From a virus (lineage: Duplodnaviria; Caudoviricetes): a DNA stretch of 64,000 nucleotides. The first letter of the stretch is position 1. Each line of letters begins with the position of its first letter. Shown piece after piece: positions 18,971 through 29,557 of this stretch. The stretch covers positions 64,001 to 128,000 of IMG/VR virus record IMGVR_UViG_3300020576_003495. One strand, written 5' to 3'. The notes beneath the pieces were generated by a model. That model did no database searches and was not told the origin of the DNA. It saw only the letters and a list, made by a program, of their open reading frames with translations. The translations under genes and the position numbers were made by a program.

Positions 18971-20629
18971 ATGGCTTTTCAATATCCCAAAGCAAAATTT
19001 GAATACCTACGTGACATCGGTAAGGGGACGCCTTTTACGGTAGTGCACCGTGAAGTCAGAAAAACGGTGGGGCTGAAGACAGCCTTGCTCATTGCTGAAT
19101 TGGAGTGGGGATTCTCTAGCCACGAACACAGCACAGCTAAAAATGCTCACTACGGCATGCCGCGTTACATCATGCCCCCCAAAAAACAAAACAAGTACAT
19201 CCCCATCCTCGCTGACAAGTGTGACTATTCTTCTGCCCGTGTCTTCAAAGAGCAGTTCTCTTTCATCGGGGAGTACTACCCGACACTCACGGACTACTTT
19301 GAAACGGTATCCGTAGGGGAAGACCCGTTCCGTGGGAAGCCCTACGTCTGCATCTACAACAGGAAGAATCACTACGCTCGTTTCATGCGCAACCCGCTTA
19401 ACGCCAAGCGCTTTTTCATTGACCGTTTGAACGGAAAACCTGTCTTGGGGCTGGTGAAAAACAGTTCATCAAAAGAGAAAGTGCACTTCGTACACGAAAT
19501 GCTTTTTAGCAGTTCGAGTAATACTGTTAACAACGTAATTACCATTGATTTTAATAAGAATAATAAATTAATAAATGAAGTTAGTATTACTAAGAAGAAA
19601 GAGGTACTTGCCGACAACTTCGTTGTCAGCGTTGACCCAACCCCTAACAACACAGAACGGGTAGGGCAAGGCAAAGAAGAAGAAAATATTAACTTTACAA
19701 ACGTGGGTATAGAGTCTACAATAGGGTCTTCAAGAGGCTTACCCGGATTTGAAGGTAATTGCACTGATACTCAGGATGAAATTACTTGCAAGGATGCTGC
19801 CGTGATTGTTGAGAAGAAACCGTGGAGTACACCCCCCAAGTCTGCGGCAAAGATGGGGGCTTCTTTGTCTTCTGGCGAGTTACAGGGCATCTATGAAGCA
19901 AAAGCACCCCCACAGCACCTAGCAGACCATGCCCTAAGCTACAATTCGACCAAGCAAGCCCCTTCCTTGAACGCTGCGGCGTTTTATTCGGCTTGGGCTA
20001 AGGCTACCCTTGCACACTACCCTGAAACGCTTCTAACGCCCCCCACAGGGAAAGATTTTGGTGTGTGTAAAAAGATAATCAGTAATGCCAGAGAGCATTT
20101 TAACGACCCTGAAATATTTTCCATGTTCAATGCCTGTTTCAAGGCGTGGGAGAAGGGGATCATCCAAGGCATCCTGAAAACGGACACGGTGCTGTTTACT
20201 TTCCCCGCACGCCTTGAACTTACCTTCTTCTTGAAGTACCAATCCCACTTCATGACGTGGTATCAATCCAGTCTGAAAATTGAATCTCATATGAAGAAGT
20301 ATGCCGAGCAGACGAAAACTGCTGCGGTTAATACCAAGGATGCTGTTGACGGCTGTGCTGTGGTAAAATCTTCACCACCAAAGAAGGAAAGCTACATTGA
20401 TGCGGCTAACAGCGTGGGGATGACGTATCCAAAGAGCGTGCTCAGCGTGTACCCGTCAGTAGCCTACAGGGAAACAATGGAGTTTAGGCTGGCTCGTGCT
20501 GAGATAGGTGACGTTGGTGCGGGGATAATTCAGCAGATTAAAGACTATCTTGCTAAACATGCGGTTGACCTTGCCGTTAGTTTGGCTAAGACTGAAGAGT
20601 ACAAGGTTACGCATGCAAAAGAGTTATAG
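18971..20629 (+). CDS. putative replication initiator
   Basis: Directly upstream of the DnaC-like and DnaB genes; AT-rich internal linker. Confidence 0.4.
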   Translation: MAFQYPKAKFEYLRDIGKGTPFTVVHREVRKTVGLKTALLIAELEWGFSSHEHSTAKNAHYGMPRYIMPPKKQNKYIPILADKCDYSSARVFKEQFSFIGEYYPTLTDYFETVSVGEDPFRGKPYVCIYNRKNHYARFMRNPLNAKRFFIDRLNGKPVLGLVKNSSSKEKVHFVHEMLFSSSSNTVNNVITIDFNKNNKLINEVSITKKKEVLADNFVVSVDPTPNNTERVGQGKEEENINFTNVGIESTIGSSRGLPGFEGNCTDTQDEITCKDAAVIVEKKPWSTPPKSAAKMGASLSSGELQGIYEAKAPPQHLADHALSYNSTKQAPSLNAAAFYSAWAKATLAHYPETLLTPPTGKDFGVCKKIISNAREHFNDPEIFSMFNACFKAWEKGIIQGILKTDTVLFTFPARLELTFFLKYQSHFMTWYQSSLKIESHMKKYAEQTKTAAVNTKDAVDGCAVVKSSPPKKESYIDAANSVGMTYPKSVLSVYPSVAYRETMEFRLARAEIGDVGAGIIQQIKDYLAKHAVDLAVSLAKTEEYKVTHAKEL

Positions 20630-20635
20630 GATTTT

Positions 20636-21268
20636 ATGAGCGACAAAAAAGACTACCTCGATCCAGAGCATCATGCGGCGTTGCTGCACAGTCTGGATTT
20701 CATTTCTGAGCAGACACACATATCGAAGCACCACTTGCATTACCTGAGTGCTGAGACTGTGTGTACTCCTGCGGAATTTGAGTGGGTTCGTAATTTCAAG
20801 TCCTATCTTAAAGAAGGACGGGCGGGGCTTATTCTGGTGGGTACGGATGGATCATCGCCTGTAATGAAGCTTATCAGCATCGGGGCGACCATGGTGCGGA
20901 ACGGTAAGGATGCGCGTGTTTACTCCACCGGCATGCTGTTGAGCGCTTTGGATGATCGTTATGTTGAGACACCCAACCCCACGGTGTTGATAATCCCCGA
21001 CCTGTGTTCAGGCATAACTCTGACTGCGGGGCAAATCAGCAAGCTATACAATTTGATTTTGGAACGGTTCATCGCCAACAAAATGACTATAGCGTGGGTC
21101 AGTGACTTGACTATGTTACAGACGCTGTACGGGAAGCCGTTTTATTCGTTGATTGAACAGCACTTCGATCTTATGGGGGACTTGAGTGTAGACAATTCTA
21201 AAGTAGAGGCATACAGCATTAAAAAAGAGAAGGTAGCAGGGAAAAAAATAAGTACCCTCAGTGTGTAG
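20636..21268 (+). CDS. DnaC-like helicase loader (degenerate P-loop)
   Basis: GLILVG, VLIIPDL, LILERF...TI; lies upstream of DnaB. Confidence 0.5.
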   Translation: MSDKKDYLDPEHHAALLHSLDFISEQTHISKHHLHYLSAETVCTPAEFEWVRNFKSYLKEGRAGLILVGTDGSSPVMKLISIGATMVRNGKDARVYSTGMLLSALDDRYVETPNPTVLIIPDLCSGITLTAGQISKLYNLILERFIANKMTIAWVSDLTMLQTLYGKPFYSLIEQHFDLMGDLSVDNSKVEAYSIKKEKVAGKKISTLSV

Positions 21269-21309
21269 CCACATTGTTTTCTACAAAATAAACTAAAAAA
21301 GCGTGGGAT

Positions 21310-22560
21310 ATGCTAGGTCATGATTTGATCGTTTCGATGGTTACGGGTGGTGGTGTGTCTGATTTCTATCACGCACGGCTATCACCAGACTATTTTGTTT
21401 CTGACGAACTGGATGTGTACCTGTTCGTTAAGAACCATGTTGATTCCTACAGCGTTCTTCCGTCCATGGTGACGCTGGAAGAAAAGTTCGGTGCTTTGGC
21501 CGCTACACCCGAACCACACGCTTACTATCTGGATCGTATTGAGCAGCGTTTTGGGTTTCAGTGCCTGAACAAGACCTTGCAGAAAAGTTCTGACCTTCTA
21601 AAGAAGAAAGACGTTAAGGGGATCATCGCTGCGTTTACCGAAGTGGCGACTAAACTTACATCATCCGCCTTGCGTTCTAGCGTGGTGGATTGGGTTAAAG
21701 AAGGTCACCAGCTAGTACAGGCCGAAAAGAACAAGGCGTTGATGGGTGCTATAGAAGGCATAAAGCTAGGCTGGAAGTACCTAGACGATATGACTTCAGG
21801 GCTAAGCGGGGGGGATATTCTGTCTGTGGTTGGTCGACCGGCGAGCGGAAAGACCTACGCTAACCTGTGGATGGGGTACAGCGCCTATAAGCAGGGGAAG
21901 AAGGTGCTTGTTTTGTCGATGGAAATGTCGCCTATTTCTATCTGCCAACGGATGCACGGCATACACGCCAAGCTGGACATGACTAACTTCAAGAAGGGTC
22001 TGGTGTCCACTGCGAAGTGGGAGTCTTTGTGCGCCAGCATGGCGATACTCGCAGCCGCAGAAAACGAGTTGGGGAACTACTTCAAGATTGTTGATGGGAA
22101 CATGAACAGCCGCGTGGATGACTTAGCCGCATTCATCGCACAGTACCACCCCGATTTGGTTATTGTTGACGGGGCTTACTTGTTAAAACACAGCAACCCT
22201 CGTTTGGATCGTTTCAACAGGGCAGCAGAAAACGTGGAGTTATTGAAACAACTTTCAGGAGCGGAGAATATACCTATGATTTTGTCTTATCAGTTGAACC
22301 GTGAGTCTACGAAGAAAAAGAAAAGTGATTCCACTGGCCTTGAGGATATTGCCTATTCGGATGCCGTGGGTCAGATTTCAAGTGTTGTTTTGGCGCTGAT
22401 GCAACCCGAGTCGACAGAGACTACCGGGCAGCGGGAGATTACTGTACTCAAAGGGCGCGATGGTCAGTCTGGAAAGTTTTCTATTAACTGGCGTTTCGAT
22501 GCGCTGGATTTCTCACAACTAGACGAAGTTGCCGAGGGCGAAGACCACTTTTACGGCTGA
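21310..22560 (+). CDS. dnaB: replicative DNA helicase, DnaB family
   Basis: GRPASGKT, LSMEM, VIVDG, QLNR, KGRDG. Confidence 0.9.
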   Translation: MLGHDLIVSMVTGGGVSDFYHARLSPDYFVSDELDVYLFVKNHVDSYSVLPSMVTLEEKFGALAATPEPHAYYLDRIEQRFGFQCLNKTLQKSSDLLKKKDVKGIIAAFTEVATKLTSSALRSSVVDWVKEGHQLVQAEKNKALMGAIEGIKLGWKYLDDMTSGLSGGDILSVVGRPASGKTYANLWMGYSAYKQGKKVLVLSMEMSPISICQRMHGIHAKLDMTNFKKGLVSTAKWESLCASMAILAAAENELGNYFKIVDGNMNSRVDDLAAFIAQYHPDLVIVDGAYLLKHSNPRLDRFNRAAENVELLKQLSGAENIPMILSYQLNRESTKKKKSDSTGLEDIAYSDAVGQISSVVLALMQPESTETTGQREITVLKGRDGQSGKFSINWRFDALDFSQLDEVAEGEDHFYG

Positions 22561-22647
22561 TTTTTGAAGTCAATTGCACAACTATTAGGTAGTCAGTAAT
22601 TGACAAATTAGTTAGGTGGTAGTATCATTGCATCTTCAAATCAGGGG

Positions 22648-22866
22648 ATGCACACAATGAAAAGAAAAGCGTATCAACCAACAAAACACATGCACGGTGC
22701 GGTGTTGACACACATGCGAGAAACCGTGTTCGGCAATAAAGCGTGTGTTGAATTGTACAAAGCCGCAGAGCGTTCGGACAGGATGCGGGATGACGCGGCA
22801 CTCTTAGATGCTGCCGAAGCTAAGAGAAAAAGAAAAGCAGAGAAAAGGGCGAAACATGGCGGGTGA
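22648..22866 (+). CDS. hypothetical protein
   Basis: Own promoter and RBS. Confidence 0.5.
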   Translation: MHTMKRKAYQPTKHMHGAVLTHMRETVFGNKACVELYKAAERSDRMRDDAALLDAAEAKRKRKAEKRAKHGG

Positions 22867-23135
22867 TTTTTCGTGTAGTGGCGTGTGCAATGAAACTAAA
22901 ACAAAAACAAGACTGCGGTTCGAAAAGATATGCAAGCGTATCAATCTGTCTCCGGGGTATCCGTATAACGCCGATACAAACAAGTACGGTGGACATTTGG
23001 TGAAGCAGTCGCACTGGGAGTTCTGGCAAGAAGCCGTTTGTTATGCGAAATTGAAAGATTAGCTTGACAAACTATAAAATAGCCTTATAATAGGCACATA
23101 GTTTCAAAACAACTTTACTTTTTACGGAGAAAAAG

Positions 23136-23594
23136 ATGCCCATAACCATTACCAAAACCACCAAGGCGGCTAAGTACGTTGATAGCAAGAGCGTCAAGCC
23201 AGTAGCCGTAAAGTCTGAGGCTGATGTCAAGGCAGAACGCATTGTTGCCGCTCAAACGGAGCTAAAAGCAGCAAAGAAGGTTGTTGCCGACTACGAAGTC
23301 GACCGCAAGTTTCTTGCCGCGCTGTTGGATGAAACCGCAAAGCCTGAAGACGAAGTGGTCTACAACGTTGAAGGTGGATCGGTCAAGTTTTCTCCAAAGA
23401 CGGAACAAACATCTTTGGTTGACGCTAAGGCTGTTCACAAGAAGCTTGGCGATGCCGCGTTTTACGCCATTGCCAAGGTTTCGGTTGAAGACCTGAAGAA
23501 GTACCTTTCGGCGGTTGAACTTGCGGCGTTTTGTGAAACCAAGCTTACCGGCGCACGACGCATCAGTGTTGTTGTCGACGCTGTTAAAGCGTAA
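23136..23594 (+). CDS. hypothetical protein
   Basis: Promoter and GGAG RBS. Confidence 0.6.
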   Translation: MPITITKTTKAAKYVDSKSVKPVAVKSEADVKAERIVAAQTELKAAKKVVADYEVDRKFLAALLDETAKPEDEVVYNVEGGSVKFSPKTEQTSLVDAKAVHKKLGDAAFYAIAKVSVEDLKKYLSAVELAAFCETKLTGARRISVVVDAVKA

Positions 23595-23604
23595 GGGGGA
23601 AACC

Positions 23605-23940
23605 GTGGATATTTCTAAACTTAATAAGGCCGCTGTTCTGGCGGCTCTTTACAACGGTTCCAAGCAGCAAGGCATGGGTTTCATGCATGTGCGTGGTGGC
23701 GAAGGTATGACGGTTGAACAGGCGCAAGCGGAAATAGACAAGTGCCTCGTGTATGCCTTAAGTCTGGGCGTTCCTGAATCAGAGCTAGGCAGGGAATCGC
23801 TGTACTTCGACTACCTGTACGGTCGCGCGTTGAAGATTGACCTTAGTGAAGATGACTTGTTCACGGGGCTTTACAACCGGGACAACGGGCAAGGTGCCGC
23901 AGAGCGCATTATCGAAGAACTGCGCAAGAACGCGGCTTAG
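23605..23940 (+). CDS. conserved phage hypothetical protein
   Basis: YFDYLYGR..K...LYNRDNG.GAA motif. Confidence 0.6.
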   Translation: MDISKLNKAAVLAALYNGSKQQGMGFMHVRGGEGMTVEQAQAEIDKCLVYALSLGVPESELGRESLYFDYLYGRALKIDLSEDDLFTGLYNRDNGQGAAERIIEELRKNAA

Positions 23941-23994
23941 GTAGGGCAAAGGTTTGCTCTAATAGAGGCAAGCCTTCTTTCTTTTTGGGATGAA

Positions 23995-24333
23995 ATGATA
24001 CAAGCTTCTGATTTCGATGAACTGGTCTTCACCTGTACGGATATGCTTTTGCATAACCCCAAGAAACTGGTGGATGAACTTGTTCGTTCTGTCGAAGAAG
24101 ACACCTACTACGCGGCAGTTACCTCGTTTGCGGTGTTGCATGCCTCTATAGATTTGTGCTTGCCGCAGGAGCATGTTTCTACTTTTTTCGGGGCGGTTTC
24201 GTCCCTGTGCTCTGCGGATAACGTGTCTGAGTGCACTCGTCATCTGGCTGAAATTGAATCCTCGTACTACGCGGGGTATATGGACGACTATCAAGGTATG
24301 CCCGTGTTTCAATCGAACAATACACTACACTAG
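23995..24333 (+). CDS. hypothetical protein
   Basis: ORF. Confidence 0.5.
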   Translation: MIQASDFDELVFTCTDMLLHNPKKLVDELVRSVEEDTYYAAVTSFAVLHASIDLCLPQEHVSTFFGAVSSLCSADNVSECTRHLAEIESSYYAGYMDDYQGMPVFQSNNTLH

Positions 24334-24340
24334 GTCACCC

Positions 24341-25333
24341 TTGAATCGTGGCAAAGTAAAGCAGTTACTCAAGTCCCTGAAAGCAAAGAACATCAGCGAC
24401 CACGATGAGTGGGTGATGTTCTCTTGCATTTTTGCGCACCACACGCATGCGTCTGGAAAAGACTCATCGGCTTCGGCGGGGATTAGCCTGTCTTCTGGCG
24501 GTACCAGCAACTACCACTGCTTTTCTTGCGGTGCGTCTGGTGCCGTAACCAACGTCCTGTTAGAACTCTACGCGCTCAACAAAAAAGACGGGATACCAAG
24601 CCCCCACATTGCTACGGCGCTTGAGTACATGGACGAAGAAGACATTTTCGTTTATGACGCCGACGAATACCCTGAAGACGATAAGGTAAAGGGTTTCGTA
24701 GAGTTTCCTGACTTCTGGTTGAAGGGCTTCCCTAGCGCGTTGGCGTGTCCAGAGGCTATGGCCTACCTCAAGGGGCGCAATGTTCCTGACAAGGTGATTG
24801 TTGATTTTGACCTTCGGTTTGATCATGCAAGGAAAGCCGTGGGTTTTCCTTACTACGATGAAATGCATAAGAAGCTGGCGGGGATGCGTGCACGGATCAT
24901 TGACCCTTCCAGTGAAAAAAAGCATCATGACTACTTGTACAACTCGGTGAACAATACGCATACGACATGGTTCAGGGAAAGTAAGCTGAACGTGGACAAG
25001 GCTGTGGTAGTTGTCGAAGGTCAGTTCGATTGCGCACGTGTTTATCAGGCTTACCGCAATGTGACGGCAATACTCACAGCTTTTCCGACAAAGCGTAAAT
25101 TAGAACACCTTCGTCGGTTCCCCTATATCGTTTGGTTTTCCGATAATGACACAGCGGGTTTGAAGTCGTCTAAGGACGCTTTTGAGTATTATCAGAGCAA
25201 CCATGACGTTAAGATAGACATCGTGAAGTATCAAGAAGGCGACCCCAAAGACCCCGATTCGCTAGACCCAAAAATGCTAAAGTACTATTTGTCCGAGTAC
25301 GTTGAAATGGATGATTTACTGCTTGACACCTGA
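24341..25333 (+). CDS. DNA primase (zinc-binding plus TOPRIM)
   Basis: C..H...CFSCG; VVEGQFD; DND.AG; start codon uncertain. Confidence 0.85.
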   Translation: MNRGKVKQLLKSLKAKNISDHDEWVMFSCIFAHHTHASGKDSSASAGISLSSGGTSNYHCFSCGASGAVTNVLLELYALNKKDGIPSPHIATALEYMDEEDIFVYDADEYPEDDKVKGFVEFPDFWLKGFPSALACPEAMAYLKGRNVPDKVIVDFDLRFDHARKAVGFPYYDEMHKKLAGMRARIIDPSSEKKHHDYLYNSVNNTHTTWFRESKLNVDKAVVVVEGQFDCARVYQAYRNVTAILTAFPTKRKLEHLRRFPYIVWFSDNDTAGLKSSKDAFEYYQSNHDVKIDIVKYQEGDPKDPDSLDPKMLKYYLSEYVEMDDLLLDT

Positions 25334-25415
25334 CTACAGGCTTGTCAATATGGTGCTGTTCCTTAATCGGAATTCAAGAACCGTAAATTAACCTAAATAC
25401 CCAAAAGGACTCAAA

Positions 25416-26141
25416 ATGGCTATTACATGGGCGCGTACAGGCGCAGCAGCACATGCCGAAGCAGAAAAACACGAAAAAGAACAAAAAGCAAAGGCAGAGC
25501 AGACGCGAAGGGTTTGGCGTTTTGGCTTGAAGGAAGGGATGGAAGGTCGCATCACCTTCGTTGACGGCTTACTTGGTGCAGATGGTATGGTGGATTATTT
25601 CCTGTACTACGAGCATCACCTGATGTTGAACGGCTCGTGGGGGCACTTCTACACGTGTATCAAGGACATGGAACCTTGCCCGATTTGCGGGGCCAATGAT
25701 TCACCCGCCTTGGTGGGGGCTTTCACGGTTATTGACCACACGCCCTACACTTCCAAGAAGGGTGTGGTCTATGTGGACATGCCCAAGTTGTTTATTGCCA
25801 AGCCGACGACGCTGAAGCAGTTGCAAATCTTGGGCGGTAAGCGCGGTGGTTTGGCTGGATGCACGTTTGACGTGGTTCGCTCAGGGGACAAGTCTCCCGG
25901 TGTGGGGAGCATGTTTGACTTCATTGAGAAGCAGGAAATAGACGTTCTCAAGAAGAAGTATTCCCGTGTTGATCCTGAAACGAAGAAGACCATTTGTTTC
26001 TTTGTTCCTTTGGATTACACCAAGGAATGTGCACCCCTCTCAGCAGAAGAAATCCGCAAGGAAATCCCCACGTTAGCGTCAGCGGCACCTGTGGGGCACG
26101 TTACTTCAGCGCAGAAGGCAGCGCTAGAAGACAACCTGTAA
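25416..26141 (+). CDS. single-stranded DNA-binding protein (gp32-like)
   Basis: H...C...CPIC zinc site, OB-like core, location in the replication module. Confidence 0.6.
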   Translation: MAITWARTGAAAHAEAEKHEKEQKAKAEQTRRVWRFGLKEGMEGRITFVDGLLGADGMVDYFLYYEHHLMLNGSWGHFYTCIKDMEPCPICGANDSPALVGAFTVIDHTPYTSKKGVVYVDMPKLFIAKPTTLKQLQILGGKRGGLAGCTFDVVRSGDKSPGVGSMFDFIEKQEIDVLKKKYSRVDPETKKTICFFVPLDYTKECAPLSAEEIRKEIPTLASAAPVGHVTSAQKAALEDNL

Positions 26142-26205
26142 GCAGTAGTTTTAATCGTCCGGTCGGGGTTCTCCCGGCTGGATTGTTCCATTAACGGAGT
26201 GGGTT

Positions 26206-26442
26206 ATGTTTAACGCGCTAGCTGCGGAGTGGGTTTTGTTCGAGTCGGATTGCATTCCAAAAGACGCTCCTGAGATACAAAGAATAGAAATGCGTAGGGC
26301 GTTCTACGCTGGTATGGAGTCTTTTCTTGCTTTGCAATGTAAGACGGCTAACCAGAGTGAAGACGCCTGTGTGGAGTTGATGAGGGCGTGGAATGACGAA
26401 CTTAAGGCTTTCACACTACAGGTTAAAGCTGGTTTGGCCTGA
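26206..26442 (+). CDS. hypothetical protein
   Basis: Q..EMRRAFYAG motif. Confidence 0.55.
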   Translation: MFNALAAEWVLFESDCIPKDAPEIQRIEMRRAFYAGMESFLALQCKTANQSEDACVELMRAWNDELKAFTLQVKAGLA

Positions 26443-28715
26443 TGCTTGATCTAAAACTGAAAACCAAGCCGCTTTACACAGCGGCAACAGCCGTTTATCC
26501 ATACTCAAAAGACATGGAAACGCATTTCATCGTCAAGACGAAGTATGAGCCTGACCCTATATTTTTGACGAAGAAGATGGGTGATTTCCTGCTGGTTCCG
26601 CGTGAGTTGGCACCACTCGGAGAGGATAGGCGTTCTCGGGGGAAGCCTATTGCAATTACTTGCACTACCGATTTCAAGCCCGACACCTATGAGGTTCAAA
26701 AGCAGCTTCATGGGGACAGTCTTGCCCTGTTAAAACAAGGCGTATCACACACACTGAACGCTTTGATGGGGCTAGGAAAGAGCTATATTGCAACACGCCT
26801 TATTTGTGACATGGGGTTGACCACACTGATCATTGTTACCAAAGAAGATTTGATGCAGCAGTGGAAGGACAACCTGCTTAAATACACCAAAATAAAAGAA
26901 GAAGAAATCGGGTTTATTCAACAGGACGTTTGCCAAGTCGACGGTAAGAAAGTGGTAATTGGTCTGGTGCATTCCCTAGCGGGGCGTGACTACCCAAGCA
27001 GCATCTATAGTGCTTTTGGGCTAACCGTGGCTGATGAGTGTTTTCATCCTGACCATGAGTTATTGACCCCTTCAGGGTGGATTAGTATTGCTGACTTGCC
27101 TGAAGATGCCCAAGTCATGTCTTTCGATGCCCATACTGATACCATGCGTTTTGAGCCTATTCTGAGGAAAGTTGTAAAGCTTTTTTCTGGAAACTTAATA
27201 GCTATTGCTGGTCGCGGTTTTCATACAGTAACAACACCAAACCATGAACAGCCTATTAAACGCGAAAAGGCTCATGGTTGGTCTGTGTGCAGGATTCCAG
27301 TAGCCGACTTACTTTTGAAATCGAGGATAAAGCTGCCTATTGCTGGTTATGTATCAGGAGATGATGGGCGTAGGATTACAGATTGGGAGAGGCTACTAAT
27401 TGCCTTTGAAGCTGACGGACACCACCTTTACACCAGTAAGAACAGCGGAATACGCACATATAGGTTTTCTTTCAGGAGGCCGAGAAAAATAAGTAGATTA
27501 AAATCCATACTTTCTGGTTGCGGCATAGACCACAGTGTTAGCGTTAATTGCCGTGGCGACACCAGCATCACCTTTAAGCATACAAGCCTACTTCCCAAAA
27601 ACTTTGACTGGTTTGATCCCTACGTATCAAGTCCGTTAAATGCTGATTTTTTAGAAGAATTGACTCATTGGGATGGTTGGTCAAATGATGAGGGTTGTTT
27701 TTTTGAACACCTTTTGGAATCTACGGCTAACACTATAGTCATCATAGCAAAGTTATGCGGTAGAGCCGCGTCTATAATTAAGACAGGTTATTCTGGCCGT
27801 GAGAAGCGGTATCGAGTACGATGGTTCGCAGACAAACCTTGGATTTCTCCGAAGGGGTACACAAAAACAATGGTTCCTTACTCGGGGGATGTGCACTGCG
27901 TTACTGTCCCTTCAGGTAATGTGCTGACTAGGTATAAAGGCTCACTTTCCATTTCAGGGAACTGCCATAGAATGTCGGCGGAAACGTTTAGTCAGGCCAT
28001 GTTCAAATTCAATTCTTATCTCAGGCTAGGGTTGAGTGCTACGCCTGTTCGTCCTGATGGGAAGTCTTTTATATTCCGTGCTCATATCGGGGAAGTAGGT
28101 TCATCGTCTGATCATGTACAGTTAGCCCCCCGCGTTCTGGTAATCAGGACGAACTGGAAACTCCCGCTATGGCGCGTGCGAGACGACTTCGGCGGGTACA
28201 AAATGATTCCTATGCCACTACAGCGAGGGCGTCCTGCTGTGGTTTCGTCTAAGATGGCAAAAGACCCCGAACGTAACCATCTGCTAGCCGACCTGTGCCT
28301 CAAAGCCTACAAGAAGGATCGTAGGATTGTGATGTTTTTTGACTCTTTGGCGCACATTGAAGTCATAAAAAAACTTCTAATCAGCATGGGCATCCCCAAG
28401 ACAGAAATACTGAGGTACACGGGGGGTATTTCAAAAACAGACGCCGCTACTGCACACAGCATGCGTGTGCTGTTGGCAACGTACAGCTACATGAGTGAGG
28501 GTACGGACGTTCCATTTTTGGACACGGCTATTCTTTGTTCCCCGAGAAGTAACGTGAGTCAGACGGTGGGGAGAATCTTGCGTAAAGTCCCCGGAAAAAA
28601 AGAACCTGTGATCATGGACATTTTAGACAGTTGCGCACAGGAACTACTTGATTCTTTCCAGTCAAGGGTGCGCCAATACAAAAAGTTGAATGCCACAATA
28701 GTCGATATTACTTGA
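26442..28715 (+). CDS. SF2 DExH helicase containing an intein
   Basis: GLGKS, DE[intein]CH, LSATP, EGTDVP, QTVGRILR. Confidence 0.9.
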   Translation: MLDLKLKTKPLYTAATAVYPYSKDMETHFIVKTKYEPDPIFLTKKMGDFLLVPRELAPLGEDRRSRGKPIAITCTTDFKPDTYEVQKQLHGDSLALLKQGVSHTLNALMGLGKSYIATRLICDMGLTTLIIVTKEDLMQQWKDNLLKYTKIKEEEIGFIQQDVCQVDGKKVVIGLVHSLAGRDYPSSIYSAFGLTVADECFHPDHELLTPSGWISIADLPEDAQVMSFDAHTDTMRFEPILRKVVKLFSGNLIAIAGRGFHTVTTPNHEQPIKREKAHGWSVCRIPVADLLLKSRIKLPIAGYVSGDDGRRITDWERLLIAFEADGHHLYTSKNSGIRTYRFSFRRPRKISRLKSILSGCGIDHSVSVNCRGDTSITFKHTSLLPKNFDWFDPYVSSPLNADFLEELTHWDGWSNDEGCFFEHLLESTANTIVIIAKLCGRAASIIKTGYSGREKRYRVRWFADKPWISPKGYTKTMVPYSGDVHCVTVPSGNVLTRYKGSLSISGNCHRMSAETFSQAMFKFNSYLRLGLSATPVRPDGKSFIFRAHIGEVGSSSDHVQLAPRVLVIRTNWKLPLWRVRDDFGGYKMIPMPLQRGRPAVVSSKMAKDPERNHLLADLCLKAYKKDRRIVMFFDSLAHIEVIKKLLISMGIPKTEILRYTGGISKTDAATAHSMRVLLATYSYMSEGTDVPFLDTAILCSPRSNVSQTVGRILRKVPGKKEPVIMDILDSCAQELLDSFQSRVRQYKKLNATIVDIT
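27039..27962 (+). mobile_element. intein (308 aa) with a LAGLIDADG-like endonuclease region
   Basis: Starts CFHPDHELLT, block B TTPNH, ends VHCVTVPSG...ISGN/C; sits inside Walker B (DE|CH). Confidence 0.9.
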
Positions 28716-28772
28716 CAAATAAGAAAACCTTGACATACTGTGGCGTATGTTAATTTTATATGGAATAGCGCG

Positions 28773-29219
28773 ATGACCAAGCCAGCAGATCAGAAATTCA
28801 AATTTACTGATTGGTACGAAAAGAACAAAGACGACCTTAACGCCAAAAGAAAAAAGAAGTACGAGTCCGACCCTGAGTACCGGCAAAAAGCTAAAGATAA
28901 CGCCAGAAGGTACAGGCTAAGCAAAGTGAAGGGCGGTGTTAATTTCGTAAGTACACGTGCTGTTCCACCCCCCGGAAAACTAAATTTATCAGGGCTGTGT
29001 CAAGCCGCAGGGATTCCAGAAGATACCTACAGTCGCTATCGTCGCTTAGGCTGGATACCAAAGATTAAGAAAAATACATGGTTTACGGGGGCGCATGCGG
29101 TCGCACTAAGCGCGTTGGCTCAGAAGGCTTTGGAATCACGGTACATGAAGATTGGCCGCGCTGGATTCTTGGCACCCTACATCGCGCAGGTAGCTAACGC
29201 TTGGGAGTATACGGAGTAA
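28773..29219 (+). CDS. basic hypothetical DNA-binding protein
   Basis: K/R-rich; HTH-like LCQAAGIPEDTYSRYRRLGWIP. Confidence 0.5.
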   Translation: MTKPADQKFKFTDWYEKNKDDLNAKRKKKYESDPEYRQKAKDNARRYRLSKVKGGVNFVSTRAVPPPGKLNLSGLCQAAGIPEDTYSRYRRLGWIPKIKKNTWFTGAHAVALSALAQKALESRYMKIGRAGFLAPYIAQVANAWEYTE

Positions 29220-29221
29220 CC

Positions 29222-29557
29222 ATGACAAACAAAACAGACAAGATAAAAACCCCAAGTGACGGCACGCTCGTTATTGATACCGTCTTGGGGACAATTACGA
29301 TCATTCATGCCGATGGTTCCGAGGTTGTTAAGCAGCTTCCTGTAAAGGAAGTCGTCGTAGCAAAACCCATGTGCAACGTGGGCGTTTCTGCAAAAGCGAC
29401 CTACAACTTGGGTAACTACGAATCCATGCAGGTTAGCGCCATGATCAACATCCCCGCTGAATACGGTGAGATAGACGAGGTTTATGACTTTGCTCGTCGG
29501 TGGGTTGATACCAAGATGACAGCGATCTATAAAGAGGTCAAAGGCATTGCATCATGA
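29222..29557 (+). CDS. hypothetical protein
   Basis: T.NLGNYES motif common in phage proteins. Confidence 0.55.
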   Translation: MTNKTDKIKTPSDGTLVIDTVLGTITIIHADGSEVVKQLPVKEVVVAKPMCNVGVSAKATYNLGNYESMQVSAMINIPAEYGEIDEVYDFARRWVDTKMTAIYKEVKGIAS

